64,000 nucleotides of DNA, taken from contig JBDHKN010000001.1 in the NCBI GenBank assembly GCA_039586365.1, forward strand, positions 32,001 to 96,000, written 5' to 3'. The notes beneath the pieces were generated by a model. The model was given only the letters and a program-made list of their open reading frames with translations, was not told the origin of the DNA and ran no database searches. The position numbers and the translations under genes were made by a program. This stretch comes from Gemmatimonadota bacterium. GTDB taxonomy: Bacteria > Gemmatimonadota > Gemmatimonadetes > Gemmatimonadales > GWC2-71-9. The first letter of the stretch is position 1. Every line of letters begins with the position of its first letter. Positions 10,530 through 20,197 of the stretch are shown here, one piece after another.

Positions 10530-11686
10530 CCACCGTCCTCCCCCCGCACGGTGGATAGAATCGTGGGTGGCTCCAACACGCTCATCTGCCACTCTTTGAG
10601 TTCTTTGATTCGGGCTAGCTGCTTCTCCGTTTTGGGCGCCGCACGAGCAATGGCCTGCAGAGTTCCGTTAGGGCATAACATCCCGGGGTCCATCTTGATG
10701 TCCTTGGCCCGGTTGTTACGCAGGTTCTTTAGCCGCTCCAGTCTCCTGTCGTAGTCCCGGTCATGCTCGAGCCGGGTGGGTCGCTCAATGGCCGGGAGCT
10801 CCTTGCGCGGAATACCTAGTCCCTTGATCACTGCAGCCACTATTGCAGTCCCGTACCGCTCAACGGCGGACACAGGCAGCCCGGCGATTCCCTTCAGACG
10901 GCTGACGTCCCGGGGAGCAATCCGGGCCACAGTGAGCAAAGCGGAGTTCGCCAGCACCCTGAAGGGAGCACGGTCGAGTGACTTGGCGGTGCTCTCTCGC
11001 CACAGATGAAGCTCGCGGAGGATCGCCAAGGAACGCGGTGGTAGACTCTTGGCGCCCTTGATTCGAGTGAAAGCCAATTCGTCGCTCACCGGCTGAGTCC
11101 AGCGAAGGTGCTCGAGCAGCTTGAATTCCTCCGTGGCCCAGTCCAGCCGACCGATCAACTCCAACCCAGCTTTCAATCTGTCTCGCAAAGCTGGTAGATA
11201 TCGGGTGTCGTCGGCCGCATACTCTATCATGTCTGAGGTTAGTGGCCGGCGAGACCAATCTGCCCGCTGCAGCTTCTTATTGATCGTGATGGAAAAGTAC
11301 CGCTCTAGAAGAGCCCCAAGCCCCACAGCAGGCTCGCCTACGAATTGAGCCGCAACGCGGGTGTCGAATAGGTTGCGGGCTGAAAACCCATAATCGCGGT
11401 TCAGGATCCGGAGATCGTAATCGGCGTCATGCAGGATGATTTCTATGCCCGGATCGGCGAGGATTCGCCCCAGCGGACTCAGATCTTCTATGGTTAGAGG
11501 GTCTACAAGTACTGTCCCCGCGTCATCAGTAACTTGTATCAGGTACACGCGGTCTACGTAGCGGTGAAACGATGCCGCTTCAGTGTCCAGAGCGAGTTGC
11601 TTCTGGCGGCCGAGTCGTTCGACGAGCCTCGCGAAGCCCACTGGGTGGGCAACAAACTGGGGTGGGTCTCTGATTGGTTCTCTCAC
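10526..11686 (-). CDS. rnd: Ribonuclease D
   Basis: ALDTEA, HDADYD, DTRVAA, DWSRRPL, YAADD, followed by HRDC domains; start estimated at GTG 11686. Confidence 0.9.
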   Translation of the reverse strand: MREPIRDPPQFVAHPVGFARLVERLGRQKQLALDTEAASFHRYVDRVYLIQVTDDAGTVLVDPLTIEDLSPLGRILADPGIEIILHDADYDLRILNRDYGFSARNLFDTRVAAQFVGEPAVGLGALLERYFSITINKKLQRADWSRRPLTSDMIEYAADDTRYLPALRDRLKAGLELIGRLDWATEEFKLLEHLRWTQPVSDELAFTRIKGAKSLPPRSLAILRELHLWRESTAKSLDRAPFRVLANSALLTVARIAPRDVSRLKGIAGLPVSAVERYGTAIVAAVIKGLGIPRKELPAIERPTRLEHDRDYDRRLERLKNLRNNRAKDIKMDPGMLCPNGTLQAIARAAPKTEKQLARIKELKEWQMSVLEPPTILSTVRGEDGG

Positions 11687-11809
11687 CGATACCGCCGACT
11701 GTAACTTCGCACACAAGGCGGAGATCGCAAACCCAGAGAGCCGGATGGCAGGATCACATGGTGCGGGCCTTGTAACTTGGCGCCTCTTTGGTTCACTGTC
11801 GCGACACTG

Positions 11810-12223
11810 CGATGTGGTAGCGGAGATCCCAGCTGCGGGGGACCCGATCTTGTTCGTGCTCGGCTTGCCGCTGGAACGTACGGTGTGGGAACCGCTCTGC
11901 ACGTCACTGAGCTGCGTGCGCACGCGGCAGAGCATCGAGACGGATTGTCAGTGGGAGAATTCTCCTGGAGGGATAGCGGGGGTGTTACCGGCGGTGAAGG
12001 CGCGGCCAGGATCCACGCCAGGCCCTGGCGACATTGACGTTCCCAAGGCGGTGATTGCGGGTCGTGATGACCAACCGATACCACTGGAAAGCTCACGTCG
12101 CATAGCCGCTGCTATCAGCGGTGCGCAACTAGACGTGATCCCGCACGTCGTAGTCTGACTTAGAATCGAACAGCCGGTCGCTACCGCAATGGCGATCGAT
12201 TGACTTCCAGCAGTCGGCCAGTG
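11810..12223 (+). pseudogene. Degenerate alpha/beta-hydrolase remnant
   Basis: GDPILFVLGLPL..VW start joined directly to the C-terminal IDVP..VIAGRDD.PIP...IAAAISGAQLDVIP region; nucleophile region absent, catalytic His missing, in-frame TGA before IEQP. Confidence 0.65.
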
Positions 12224-12241
12224 ATAGTCTGTGGCGCGCTG

Positions 12242-12790
12242 CTAGTCATAACAGACGCGCAACGTTGGCTCACCGTGGCGGCCTTCGGCAGCATAGTGCT
12301 TGTTCCATTCCTCTCGCAGGCAAAACGGATCGAGCCCGAAGGGCCGATCGACCATTAGCACTCCGTCGAGGTGGTCGATCTCATGTTGTAGCAGCTCGGC
12401 CACGTCGCCGCTGGCATCGATCGTGTGAGATTTTCCCTCGATGTCCTGATAGCTGACTCTGATGTGGTAGGCTCTCTGAACTCGCACTAGCACGTTCGGG
12501 ATTGAGAAACAGTCATCCCAAACCCAGAAGTCTTCAGTGTCGATATCGATCACGGACGGGTTGATCAAGAACCACGGCTTGTCGATCTCGAGGTATATGA
12601 TTCTCAGTGGCGCTCCAATTTGGGGGGCCGAGAGGCCCCTACCCATGCCGAAGCGGGATTTCAGCTCACTCAGAGTTTCTTGGAGGTCGTCTGCCACCAT
12701 GCGAACTGCTGCCGATCTCGGCTTCGCGATGGGTTCGCACTCGGCCCGCAAGACAGGATCGCCTAGCAGGCGAATCGCACGTACCGCCAT
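12242..12790 (-). CDS. def: Peptide deformylase
   Basis: GDPVLR, GRGLSAPQIG, INP, QHEIDHLDG; motif II atypical (DDCFS). Confidence 0.9.
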   Translation of the reverse strand: MAVRAIRLLGDPVLRAECEPIAKPRSAAVRMVADDLQETLSELKSRFGMGRGLSAPQIGAPLRIIYLEIDKPWFLINPSVIDIDTEDFWVWDDCFSIPNVLVRVQRAYHIRVSYQDIEGKSHTIDASGDVAELLQHEIDHLDGVLMVDRPFGLDPFCLREEWNKHYAAEGRHGEPTLRVCYD

Positions 12791-12833
12791 GACCCACTCC
12801 CGTTTTGGGGGGCCACCAATCTAAGATTTTATT

Positions 12834-13430
12834 ATGATTGCAGCCACAGTCCTCGCAGCGGGCGAGTCGAGTCGCATGGGCTTCCCCAAGGCGCTCCTCA
12901 ACTACCGCGGTCGCACCTTTCTTCAGACGATCCTGGACAGCGCCGCCGCTCTCGGGCTCATGCCCCTCGTGGTCTTCGCGGCTGGCGCCGACAACATATT
13001 GCAACAACACGACTTACGTACTGTCACCGTGTTGACCAACCAGGAGCCTGAGGCAGGACCCATTGGCTCGATCCGGGAGTCGGTTCGGGCAGTCCTGAAT
13101 CACCCGGTTGATGCCCTACTTGTGTGGCCCGTGGATTTTCCGCACGTGGCCGTCGAGACGGTGCAAATGCTGATCGACGGGTTCCGGGAATCGGGCAAAC
13201 CCATTGTCGTCCCGACGTGCAACGCGCGCCGGGGCCATCCGGCGGTTTTCGGCCGAGCAGTGTTTGCTGACCTTTTGAACGCACCCGACTCAGAAGGTGC
13301 GCAGGCAGTCGTGAGGGCGGACGTGGGACGGGTGTTGCAGGTCCCTGTCGACGATCCGGCGGTTCTTGACAGCTTGAACACACCGGACGCCTATAGGGAC
13401 CTGCTGCGTCGCGGAGATGAGAACAGGTGA
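12834..13430 (+). CDS. Nucleotidyltransferase, MobA/MocA-like
   Basis: VLAAGESSRMGFPKALL, PVDFP, RRGHP, LNTPDAY. Confidence 0.9.
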   Translation: MIAATVLAAGESSRMGFPKALLNYRGRTFLQTILDSAAALGLMPLVVFAAGADNILQQHDLRTVTVLTNQEPEAGPIGSIRESVRAVLNHPVDALLVWPVDFPHVAVETVQMLIDGFRESGKPIVVPTCNARRGHPAVFGRAVFADLLNAPDSEGAQAVVRADVGRVLQVPVDDPAVLDSLNTPDAYRDLLRRGDENR

Positions 13431-13475
13431 GTCGGGGTGGCAACCGGCTAAGCCGTCCAGTGACATTCGCTTGGT

Positions 13476-14711
13476 TCACATCCCGTTGATCCTCAGACGC
13501 ATTAGGTACTGAACACCCAGCTCGTCACGCCAGACTCCGTAGATCCGGTCACCGGAGAAGACGCGAGGGGCGAACCTGCCGGGCATTGTAACGATGCCCA
13601 ACAACCGACCCTGTGAGTCGAACACGTCCCAGTCGGGGGCACCTGACTCTTCGATGATGTTGTAGTTTTCGAGTTGCTCGTCGCTGAGGTCGGAAGCCCG
13701 CTGAACGTGCTGAATCCAAGTGGTCCCTTGGGGGCCCGCTTGGATGTTGGCGAACGCGGGGAGGAACTCCCCGAAGTTCACCAGCGCTCGCAGGCGTGGT
13801 ATCACCGCCGGTGGGACCCCGGCTTGGCTCCAGAGCTTCTCCAGAGATCCCATCACGGCTTGCTTGTCCCGATCGGTGACCGGCATGCGCTCGAACGGCT
13901 TCGTGACAATCCGCTCCAGCTGGCCGCCGGCTGAGTACAGGCCGATGCGGTATGCTTCGTTCCTCCCGTACAGCACCTTGAGGTCATCACTGATGTCCCA
14001 CGAAGGCTCCGGTGAGTACAAGTTGATCTCAGGAGAGCTACCACCAAGGCTGATGGTGCCTCCAGTGGGGAACTTGATCAGCGTATCAGTCACTGATCCG
14101 TCAGAGGCCAAGAGAACGATGGCGTCCATCGAATCCGTCGCCGGGAGGTCGGGCAGGGCGAGGGGACGTATCTGTTGGGCCACGGTGCCTGACGTGGTGC
14201 TCCTGTAGACCATCGGGAGCCCCTTCTCTAATTCTAGAGGGCTGCTCCCGATGCTTGAGCCGTTCGGGGCATACCGGTTGATGCGGCGGTTTGCCAGGTC
14301 AGGCACAAGAATCGTATCCCCTGCACTCCGTAGAACGAACAGCGCGCCGGGGCCTAATTCGCCGGGTCCGGCCCCGGGGCCGCCGAAACTCAGTTCGTAA
14401 TCTCCTTGGGCTGAGAAGACCCTGACCTGTTGTGCTTGCGCATCGAGCACGAACATCCTCCCGTCAGATCCGACTGCTATGAAGCCGATCTGGCCAAACT
14501 GATAGTTGGGGTCGCCCTCCAACGCCCCGACGCGCAGATCCTCCTCCACAGTCCACTGAGTGGCGGCTGTCCAGATCCCGCGATTGGTGTTGGATACGGT
14601 CGTGACACCCGAGCTATCCGTGACGGTTCCCGCCCACTCACCCCCACCTCCCGAGCAGGCTGCGATAAGTAGCGCTCCGAGAACATGAGCGCTCGTTGGT
14701 AGTAGTCTCAT
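13476..14711 (-). CDS. 6-bladed beta-propeller lipoprotein
   Basis: Lipobox IAAC; GGPGAGPGE, WDVFDSQGRLLG and RDELGVQY motifs typical of this family. Confidence 0.8.
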   Translation of the reverse strand: MRLLPTSAHVLGALLIAACSGGGGEWAGTVTDSSGVTTVSNTNRGIWTAATQWTVEEDLRVGALEGDPNYQFGQIGFIAVGSDGRMFVLDAQAQQVRVFSAQGDYELSFGGPGAGPGELGPGALFVLRSAGDTILVPDLANRRINRYAPNGSSIGSSPLELEKGLPMVYRSTTSGTVAQQIRPLALPDLPATDSMDAIVLLASDGSVTDTLIKFPTGGTISLGGSSPEINLYSPEPSWDISDDLKVLYGRNEAYRIGLYSAGGQLERIVTKPFERMPVTDRDKQAVMGSLEKLWSQAGVPPAVIPRLRALVNFGEFLPAFANIQAGPQGTTWIQHVQRASDLSDEQLENYNIIEESGAPDWDVFDSQGRLLGIVTMPGRFAPRVFSGDRIYGVWRDELGVQYLMRLRINGM

Positions 14712-14748
14712 TCGTCGCGATCTCCTTTATAGCTAGCTTCTCAGGAAC

Positions 14749-14958
14749 CTAGCTTTCTTGGTGCCTTCTCTCGATTAGTCCGCCAACGGTGAGTGCGGCG
14801 CCCGCGCCGGCGCTCAGGCCGACCAGGAGCCCCGCAAGGAAGCTCCAGGGTATTGCTAGCTGTGTTGCCCCAGTTGATGGTGCTAGTGACATCCCGATTC
14901 CTCCCAGTACTGCGAGGCAGGCTCCGATTGACATCTTGCGGCTCGGGCTTTGCGCCAT
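14749..14958 (-). CDS. Small two-TM membrane protein
   Basis: Strong SD AAAGGAGG before ATG 14958; 69 aa with two Gly-rich hydrophobic helices. Confidence 0.6.
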   Translation of the reverse strand: MAQSPSRKMSIGACLAVLGGIGMSLAPSTGATQLAIPWSFLAGLLVGLSAGAGAALTVGGLIERRHQES

Positions 14959-15049
14959 GGGGCCTCCTTTCCACTCTATCGACGTGGCGTGTGCGATGTC
15001 GGTTTCGGCCCACGGATCGGCTGCACTGCCCCATGCCCCGGTGCGAGAG

Positions 15050-15322
15050 CTACGCTGCGGATCTACCGTTCTCAACGGGGGCTGTGGGCCGGCCTCCGAG
15101 CAGGAAAGTGGGGGCATGCCTCCCGATGACGGGTCTCAGGCTGGGTGCGTGGATGGCTCCGAGGTATTCACCGTCGATACCAAATAGGAACCAGTCGAAT
15201 CCTGCCAGAACAGAAAGGCCTACAACAGTCTCCTCAGACTCCGGACCGTCTTCCCCGACAGGCTCTCTTCCGCTACTTCCTGTGGCCACCCGCGCCTGCT
15301 TTGCACCGGTATTTTCAGTCAT
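15050..15322 (-). CDS. Doubtful short ORF or gene remnant
   Basis: GGGAG before ATG 15322; DWFLFGIDGEYLGAIHAP loosely resembles the C-terminus of the neighbouring propeller protein. Confidence 0.25.
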   Translation of the reverse strand: MTENTGAKQARVATGSSGREPVGEDGPESEETVVGLSVLAGFDWFLFGIDGEYLGAIHAPSLRPVIGRHAPTFLLGGRPTAPVENGRSAA

Positions 15323-15362
15323 GTCTATCTCCCAGCATCCACCTCGAAGATCTGGCGCCACT

Positions 15363-15719
15363 CTAGGTGCCGTTTGTTGCGTCACGCGTGCCGCTACCCA
15401 CATCACCAAACACCTGTTCCATGCTCTGCCGGTATTGTAGGAAAGCTGCCCGGCCGTCCTCGGTAAGGCGAAGCATCGTGTGGGGTTTTTTCCCCACGAA
15501 TTTCTTCTCAACATCGACGTAGCCAGCTGCTTCGAGCTTGCTCATATGGGACGAGAGATTACCCAAAGTCAGCCCGGTTTGGCGTACGAGAAACAGGAAG
15601 TCAGCACTCTCTACCACGTACAGAGTTGCCACGATCATCAGTCGCGCAGGCTCGTGAACCAGTCGATCAATGTTGGCCAACGGGTTGAGGCCCAAGCTGC
15701 TACCGCTATCCGAGTCCAT
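15363..15719 (-). CDS. Winged-helix transcriptional regulator (HTH_34, ArsR/MarR-like)
   Basis: IDRLVHEPARL, LTLGNLSSHMSKLEAAGYV, KPHT..LTEDGRAAF. Confidence 0.92.
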   Translation of the reverse strand: MDSDSGSSLGLNPLANIDRLVHEPARLMIVATLYVVESADFLFLVRQTGLTLGNLSSHMSKLEAAGYVDVEKKFVGKKPHTMLRLTEDGRAAFLQYRQSMEQVFGDVGSGTRDATNGT

Positions 15720-15785
15720 GGATCTCTGGCCCGATGGGGAGTGCATGGTTGCGGCGACAGTCCGAGAGCAGGCGTATGCCGACGG

Positions 15786-16406
15786 TCACGGCGAGCTTCC
15801 GGTCCGGCTCCGCTCGACTCCAGCGTCACGCAGCCGTGGGTAGTAGTGCAGGAACCTTGTGAGCAGGACCACCCCCGGGATCAACACGGTGGCGCCGGCA
15901 ACCACGAACACCATCGGTGATCGGAGCGCTAGCGCCAGGCCAAACGCCGTTCCGGTCACGAAGCCGACCCAGTACAAGCGGGCGAAATCCATGTAGTAGG
16001 CTCCCAGCGCAAAGACGGAGAAGACCCACACGCCAAGCAAGGACGGCATTATCCAGGGTCTGCCGCTAGTCAAAGTCGCCAGCGCTCCCGTTCCTATAAA
16101 CACTGAGTAGAGTGCCAGCCCAAGCGCAGCCGACAGTGCCAGAAGCCCCAACGCCCTTCGCTTCTTCGATTTTCGTTCCGGGCTGAATTCCACGCGACCT
16201 AGTCTCGGAGCCGTAATGAGCCTCTTGGCCAAAACAAGTCCGGCCACCAGCGAGAACTGCAGGGCCAGGAGGAGAAAGTCGTTGCCCAAGAGGTCTGTGA
16301 TGCCAATCGACATCATCAACAGGCCGATAAACAAGTCCTTCAACCCGTCCTGGTGAAAGGACCGCCAGGCTCTGCGTTCCAGCGTTCTCAGATCCAAGTT
16401 CTGCAT
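15786..16406 (-). CDS. Multi-pass membrane protein (paralog 2)
   Basis: SD GGAGG before ATG 16406; about 6-7 TM helices; colinear similarity with 16536-17141. Confidence 0.85.
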   Translation of the reverse strand: MQNLDLRTLERRAWRSFHQDGLKDLFIGLLMMSIGITDLLGNDFLLLALQFSLVAGLVLAKRLITAPRLGRVEFSPERKSKKRRALGLLALSAALGLALYSVFIGTGALATLTSGRPWIMPSLLGVWVFSVFALGAYYMDFARLYWVGFVTGTAFGLALALRSPMVFVVAGATVLIPGVVLLTRFLHYYPRLRDAGVERSRTGSSP

Positions 16407-16535
16407 CCGACCTCCGGTTTTCTGTGCACAGGCGCGTTGTTGCGGACGAAAAGCGGCTCCAATTGGGACATTTCTCAAAGTACTGGTCAGCGAACGGCTC
16501 CGTCAGGCATGCCAACCTCGGCTTGCCGTCCATTC

Positions 16536-17141
16536 TCAGCAGGTTTCGCGAAATTCGCTTTCCCGTAGTAGGGGATACCGCCGCAAAAACAGGGCAAGCT
16601 GCACGAGCCCTACGATCAGTAGGCAAAGACCGACCACCAAGAACGGAATCGGCTCGTCGGACAATTCGCTCCCGGTGATTGCAGCTGCAAAGACGCAGCC
16701 AATCAGATAGAGCCGCCCGAAGTCTCCCCAGTAAGCGATGACGGCGAAGACGAACCAGACTCCCAATCCCAAGGCGAACGAGAAAGCCGTGTGATTCTCT
16801 CGGATCCAGGCCACTCGACCAGTCAGAGTCATAATCAAGAGCGCCACCGTCAGTAGGAAGATGGTGCCCATTAGGATTGCCGTCTTCTTTCGCTTTGCTT
16901 TCCTCTCCGGACCGAACTTGACCAGCCCCATTCGCGGGACGGTGACAAGTTTCTTAGCCGCGAAGAAGAGAGCGACGGCTGACAACTGCAGAATAGGTCC
17001 AAATAGGCGCCAATTGGGGGTCAAGCCGGCAAGGAAACCTGCCAGGAGCAGTAGTCCCAAGTAGGCTTCAACCAGGCCGTCCCGGTGAAAAGAGGTCCAG
17101 GCCTTTCGCTCCAGGTCTTTGAGATCGATGCCGTGCGACAT
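16536..17141 (-). CDS. Multi-pass membrane protein (paralog 1)
   Basis: SD GGAGG before ATG 17141; DLKDLERKAWTSFHRDGL, PRMGLVKF, DFGRLY, FLRRYP. Confidence 0.85.
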   Translation of the reverse strand: MSHGIDLKDLERKAWTSFHRDGLVEAYLGLLLLAGFLAGLTPNWRLFGPILQLSAVALFFAAKKLVTVPRMGLVKFGPERKAKRKKTAILMGTIFLLTVALLIMTLTGRVAWIRENHTAFSFALGLGVWFVFAVIAYWGDFGRLYLIGCVFAAAITGSELSDEPIPFLVVGLCLLIVGLVQLALFLRRYPLLRESEFRETC

Positions 17142-17167
17142 CGACAGCCTCCATTGATACAGTGTGG

Positions 17168-17198
17168 TTTGCCACGCAAGAATGATTTGTAGCACAAA
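17168..17198. promoter_or_regulatory. Tandem palindromic operators (TTTG(C/T)-N3-(G/A)CAA)
   Basis: TTTGCCACGCAAG at 17168-17180 and TTTGTAGCACAAA at 17186-17198, just downstream of the minus-strand promoter. Confidence 0.6.
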
Positions 17199-17208
17199 CT
17201 TATTTGAC

Positions 17209-17236
17209 ATAATAGGGAAGCGGTGATTTTTGTCAA
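17209..17236 (-). promoter_or_regulatory. Sigma70 promoter of the membrane-protein/wHTH operon
   Basis: Minus strand TTGACA (17236-17231), 16 nt spacer, TATTAT (17214-17209). Confidence 0.6.
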
Positions 17237-17315
17237 GACCCCCCCTGGAACGTTTGTGAACAAAAGCGTTAAATTAGTTGTGAATATTGGGCAATTCTAT
17301 TAGGATTCGGGTCCT

Positions 17316-18014
17316 ATGGATACCATCGCACCAGGGCTGGCAGGTCACAGAGGTCTACGTGGCGAGATTCTCCTTGAGCTCAAGAGAACTCAACCTGCTA
17401 CTGCAAAAGAGCTTGCGGGAGTATTCCACGTTTCGGCCAATGCCGTGCGACGTCACCTGAAAGAGCTCGAGGCAGAGGGTCTCGTGTTGTATGGTCGTGA
17501 GCAACGGGGGACTGGAGCGCCAACATTCACCTACAGGCTCAGCTCCAACGGCGAAGCACTGTTCCCAACTCAGTACGGCCAAGCTCTCACAGATGTGCTC
17601 TCGCTCATTGCTCGGAATAGCGGTCGGGACGTGGTTCGCGAGATGTTCGCCGAACGGTTCCGAACCCAGGCTGAGCGGCTCAGAAGCGAACTGGCCGATT
17701 CTACCCTGCAGGAAAAAGTCGAGGCAGTCGTCACCGTGCTGTCCGAGCAAGGCTTCATGGCGGCCTGGACTGTTGAATCAGGCAAACTGCGCCTGGCCGA
17801 GCACAACTGCGCGGTGCGCTCCGCGGCGGAGCAGTTCCCGGAAATCTGTGCGGCGGAAGCCGATTTTCTCCGAGATGTGTTGCAGAGCGAGATTCAGCGC
17901 GACTCCTACATCCCCGAGGGCTGCAATTCGTGCCAATACTCCATCACCGAAGGAGCCGCCGAAGGGCCCTCGGCAATCGAGCGGAAAGTCCCTGACGGAT
18001 TTCAGGAGATATGA
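17316..18014 (+). CDS. sufR: SufR-like Fe-S-sensing HTH regulator
   Basis: N-terminal HTH ([14 protein letters not shown]...Y.L); C-terminal HNC..(E)ICAAE..GCNSC; first gene of the suf operon. Confidence 0.8.
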   Translation: MDTIAPGLAGHRGLRGEILLELKRTQPATAKELAGVFHVSANAVRRHLKELEAEGLVLYGREQRGTGAPTFTYRLSSNGEALFPTQYGQALTDVLSLIARNSGRDVVREMFAERFRTQAERLRSELADSTLQEKVEAVVTVLSEQGFMAAWTVESGKLRLAEHNCAVRSAAEQFPEICAAEADFLRDVLQSEIQRDSYIPEGCNSCQYSITEGAAEGPSAIERKVPDGFQEI

Positions 18015-19406
18015 TGGGAAGCACTGTAGAGCAACAGGTTAGTCAACCGTACAAATACGGTTGGACGACCGACGTCGAATCGGACAGGGTTCCCGCGGGG
18101 CTCAGCGAAGACGTAATATGCCTCATTTCCGCGAAGAAGGGTGAGCCGGATTGGCTGCTGGAATGGAGACTCAAGGCCTACCTTAATTGGTTGAAGATGA
18201 GGGAGCCAAGGTGGGCCAACGTCCGGTACGATCCCATCGACTACCAGGCGATCCACTATTACTCGGCTCCCAAAGCGTCCAAGAGTCTCGAAAGCCTCGA
18301 TCAGGTGGATCCCAAGGTCCTCGAGACTTTCGCCAAACTGGGTATCCCTCTTGAGGAGCAAAAGCGGCTGACGGGCGTGGCGGTCGATGCGGTATTCGAC
18401 AGCGTGTCTGTCGCTACCACGTTTAAAGAGACTCTGGCTAAACACGGAGTCGTTTTCCTACCGTTTTCTGAGGCTGTGCGCGAGCATCCGGGTCTGGTGC
18501 GACAATACCTAGGCTCTGTCGTACCGGCTACCGATAACTTCTTTGCCGCCCTCAACTCGGCAGTATTCACCGACGGATCGTTTGTTTACGTGCCCAAGGG
18601 TGTGCGCTGCCCGATGGAGCTGTCGACCTATTTCCGGATCAATGCGGCACAAACAGGGCAATTCGAACGCACCCTGATCGTCGCAGAAGAGGGTGCTTAC
18701 GTGAGCTACCTCGAGGGCTGCTCGGCACCCAAGCGCGACGAGAATCAACTCCATGCCGCGGTGGTCGAGTTGGTGGCTCTGGATAATGCGCAGATCAAGT
18801 ACTCCACGGTCCAGAACTGGTACCCGGGAGACGAAGAAGGCCGAGGTGGCATCTACAACTTCGTCACCAAGCGAGGAGACTGTCGCGGCAAGAACGCGAA
18901 GATATCCTGGACCCAAGTTGAGACGGGTTCTGCCATCACATGGAAGTATCCGAGCTGCCTGCTATCCGGTGAAAACAGTATCGGTGAGTTCTATTCAGTA
19001 GCCGTGACCAACAATCGCCAACAGGCAGACACCGGCACCAAGATGATCCACATCGGAAGAAACACGCGCAGCACGATTGTCTCGAAGGGGATTTCTGCAG
19101 GCAAGAGCCAGAATACGTATCGAGGTCAGGTGAAGATCATGAAGGGCGCGGCCGGTGCTCGCAACTTCTCACAGTGTGACTCCATGTTGATCGGAGACAA
19201 GTGCGGTGCCCACACGTTCCCATACATAGATGTGCGCAACAGCTCAGCGATCATGGAACACGAAGCGACCACCTCCAAGATAGGTGAGGATCAGATCTTC
19301 TACTGCCAGCAGCGCGGCATTTCGGCAGTTCAGAGAGCTGCCAATGGAGTTTGCTGTTGAGGCACAGAATCTCCTTGGGATAAGTCTCGAGGGAAGCGTC
19401 GGCTAG
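18011..19406 (+). CDS. sufB: Fe-S assembly protein SufB, frameshifted near the 3' end in this sequence
   Basis: Typical SufB up to QQRGISA (19327); the native tail [25 protein letters not shown] is in another frame (19329-19406). Confidence 0.95.
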
Positions 19407-19429
19407 AAGGAGGAACCTGGAGAGCAAGC

Positions 19430-20185
19430 ATGCTTGAGATAGAGAATCTGCACGCGGGAATCGATGGCACTGAGATCCTCAAGGGGATCGATCTCACCGT
19501 AAATGCCGGTGAGGTGCACGCGATCATGGGACCAAATGGATCTGGCAAGAGTACACTTGCTCTGTTGCTTGCGGGTCACCCCGCTTATGAGGTCAGCAAG
19601 GGGAGGGTGGTGTTCGAGGGAGAGGATCTCTTGGACATGGAGCCTGAACAGCGGTCGTGCGCCGGCGTCTTTATGGCTTTTCAGTACCCGGTCGAGATTC
19701 ATGGAGTGACCAATGCGTACTTCTTACGAGCCGCGTTGAATGCCAGGCGCCGGTGCCTCGGACTGGAGGAGCTCGATCCGGTGGATTTCATGGACGTTCT
19801 CGAACAGAAGATCACGGCGATCGGTTGGGACGATAGTCTCATGAACCGCGCGGTCAATCAGGGCTTCTCAGGGGGTGAGAAGAAGCGTAATGAGATTCTG
19901 CAGATGGCTGTGTTGGAACCCAAACTCGCGGTATTGGACGAGACAGACTCTGGACTTGACATTGATGCGCTGAAGACCGTTGCTCAGGCGGTGAACAAGC
20001 TGCGCCGTCCCGACAACGCCACCATAGTTGTGACGCACTATCAGCGCCTACTCAATTTCATAGTGCCAGACTACGTACACGTGCTAGTCAAGGGCAAGAT
20101 CGTGAAATCTGGTGGCAAGGAACTGGCTCTCGAGCTGGAGTCGCTGGGTTACGACTGGGTCAAAGACCCCGTGCCCGTTGCGTGA
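19430..20185 (+). CDS. sufC: Fe-S assembly ATPase SufC
   Basis: GPNGSGKST, FSGGEKKRNE, LDETDSGLDID, THYQRLL. Confidence 0.97.
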   Translation: MLEIENLHAGIDGTEILKGIDLTVNAGEVHAIMGPNGSGKSTLALLLAGHPAYEVSKGRVVFEGEDLLDMEPEQRSCAGVFMAFQYPVEIHGVTNAYFLRAALNARRRCLGLEELDPVDFMDVLEQKITAIGWDDSLMNRAVNQGFSGGEKKRNEILQMAVLEPKLAVLDETDSGLDIDALKTVAQAVNKLRRPDNATIVVTHYQRLLNFIVPDYVHVLVKGKIVKSGGKELALELESLGYDWVKDPVPVA

Positions 20186-20197
20186 GGTCGAAGCGGC

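Noticed and set aside
19320..19335. Programmed ribosomal frameshift explaining the sufB break (likewise E1 at 47280)
   Set aside because: No slippery sequence, and conserved codons are physically missing, so recoding could not restore the protein.
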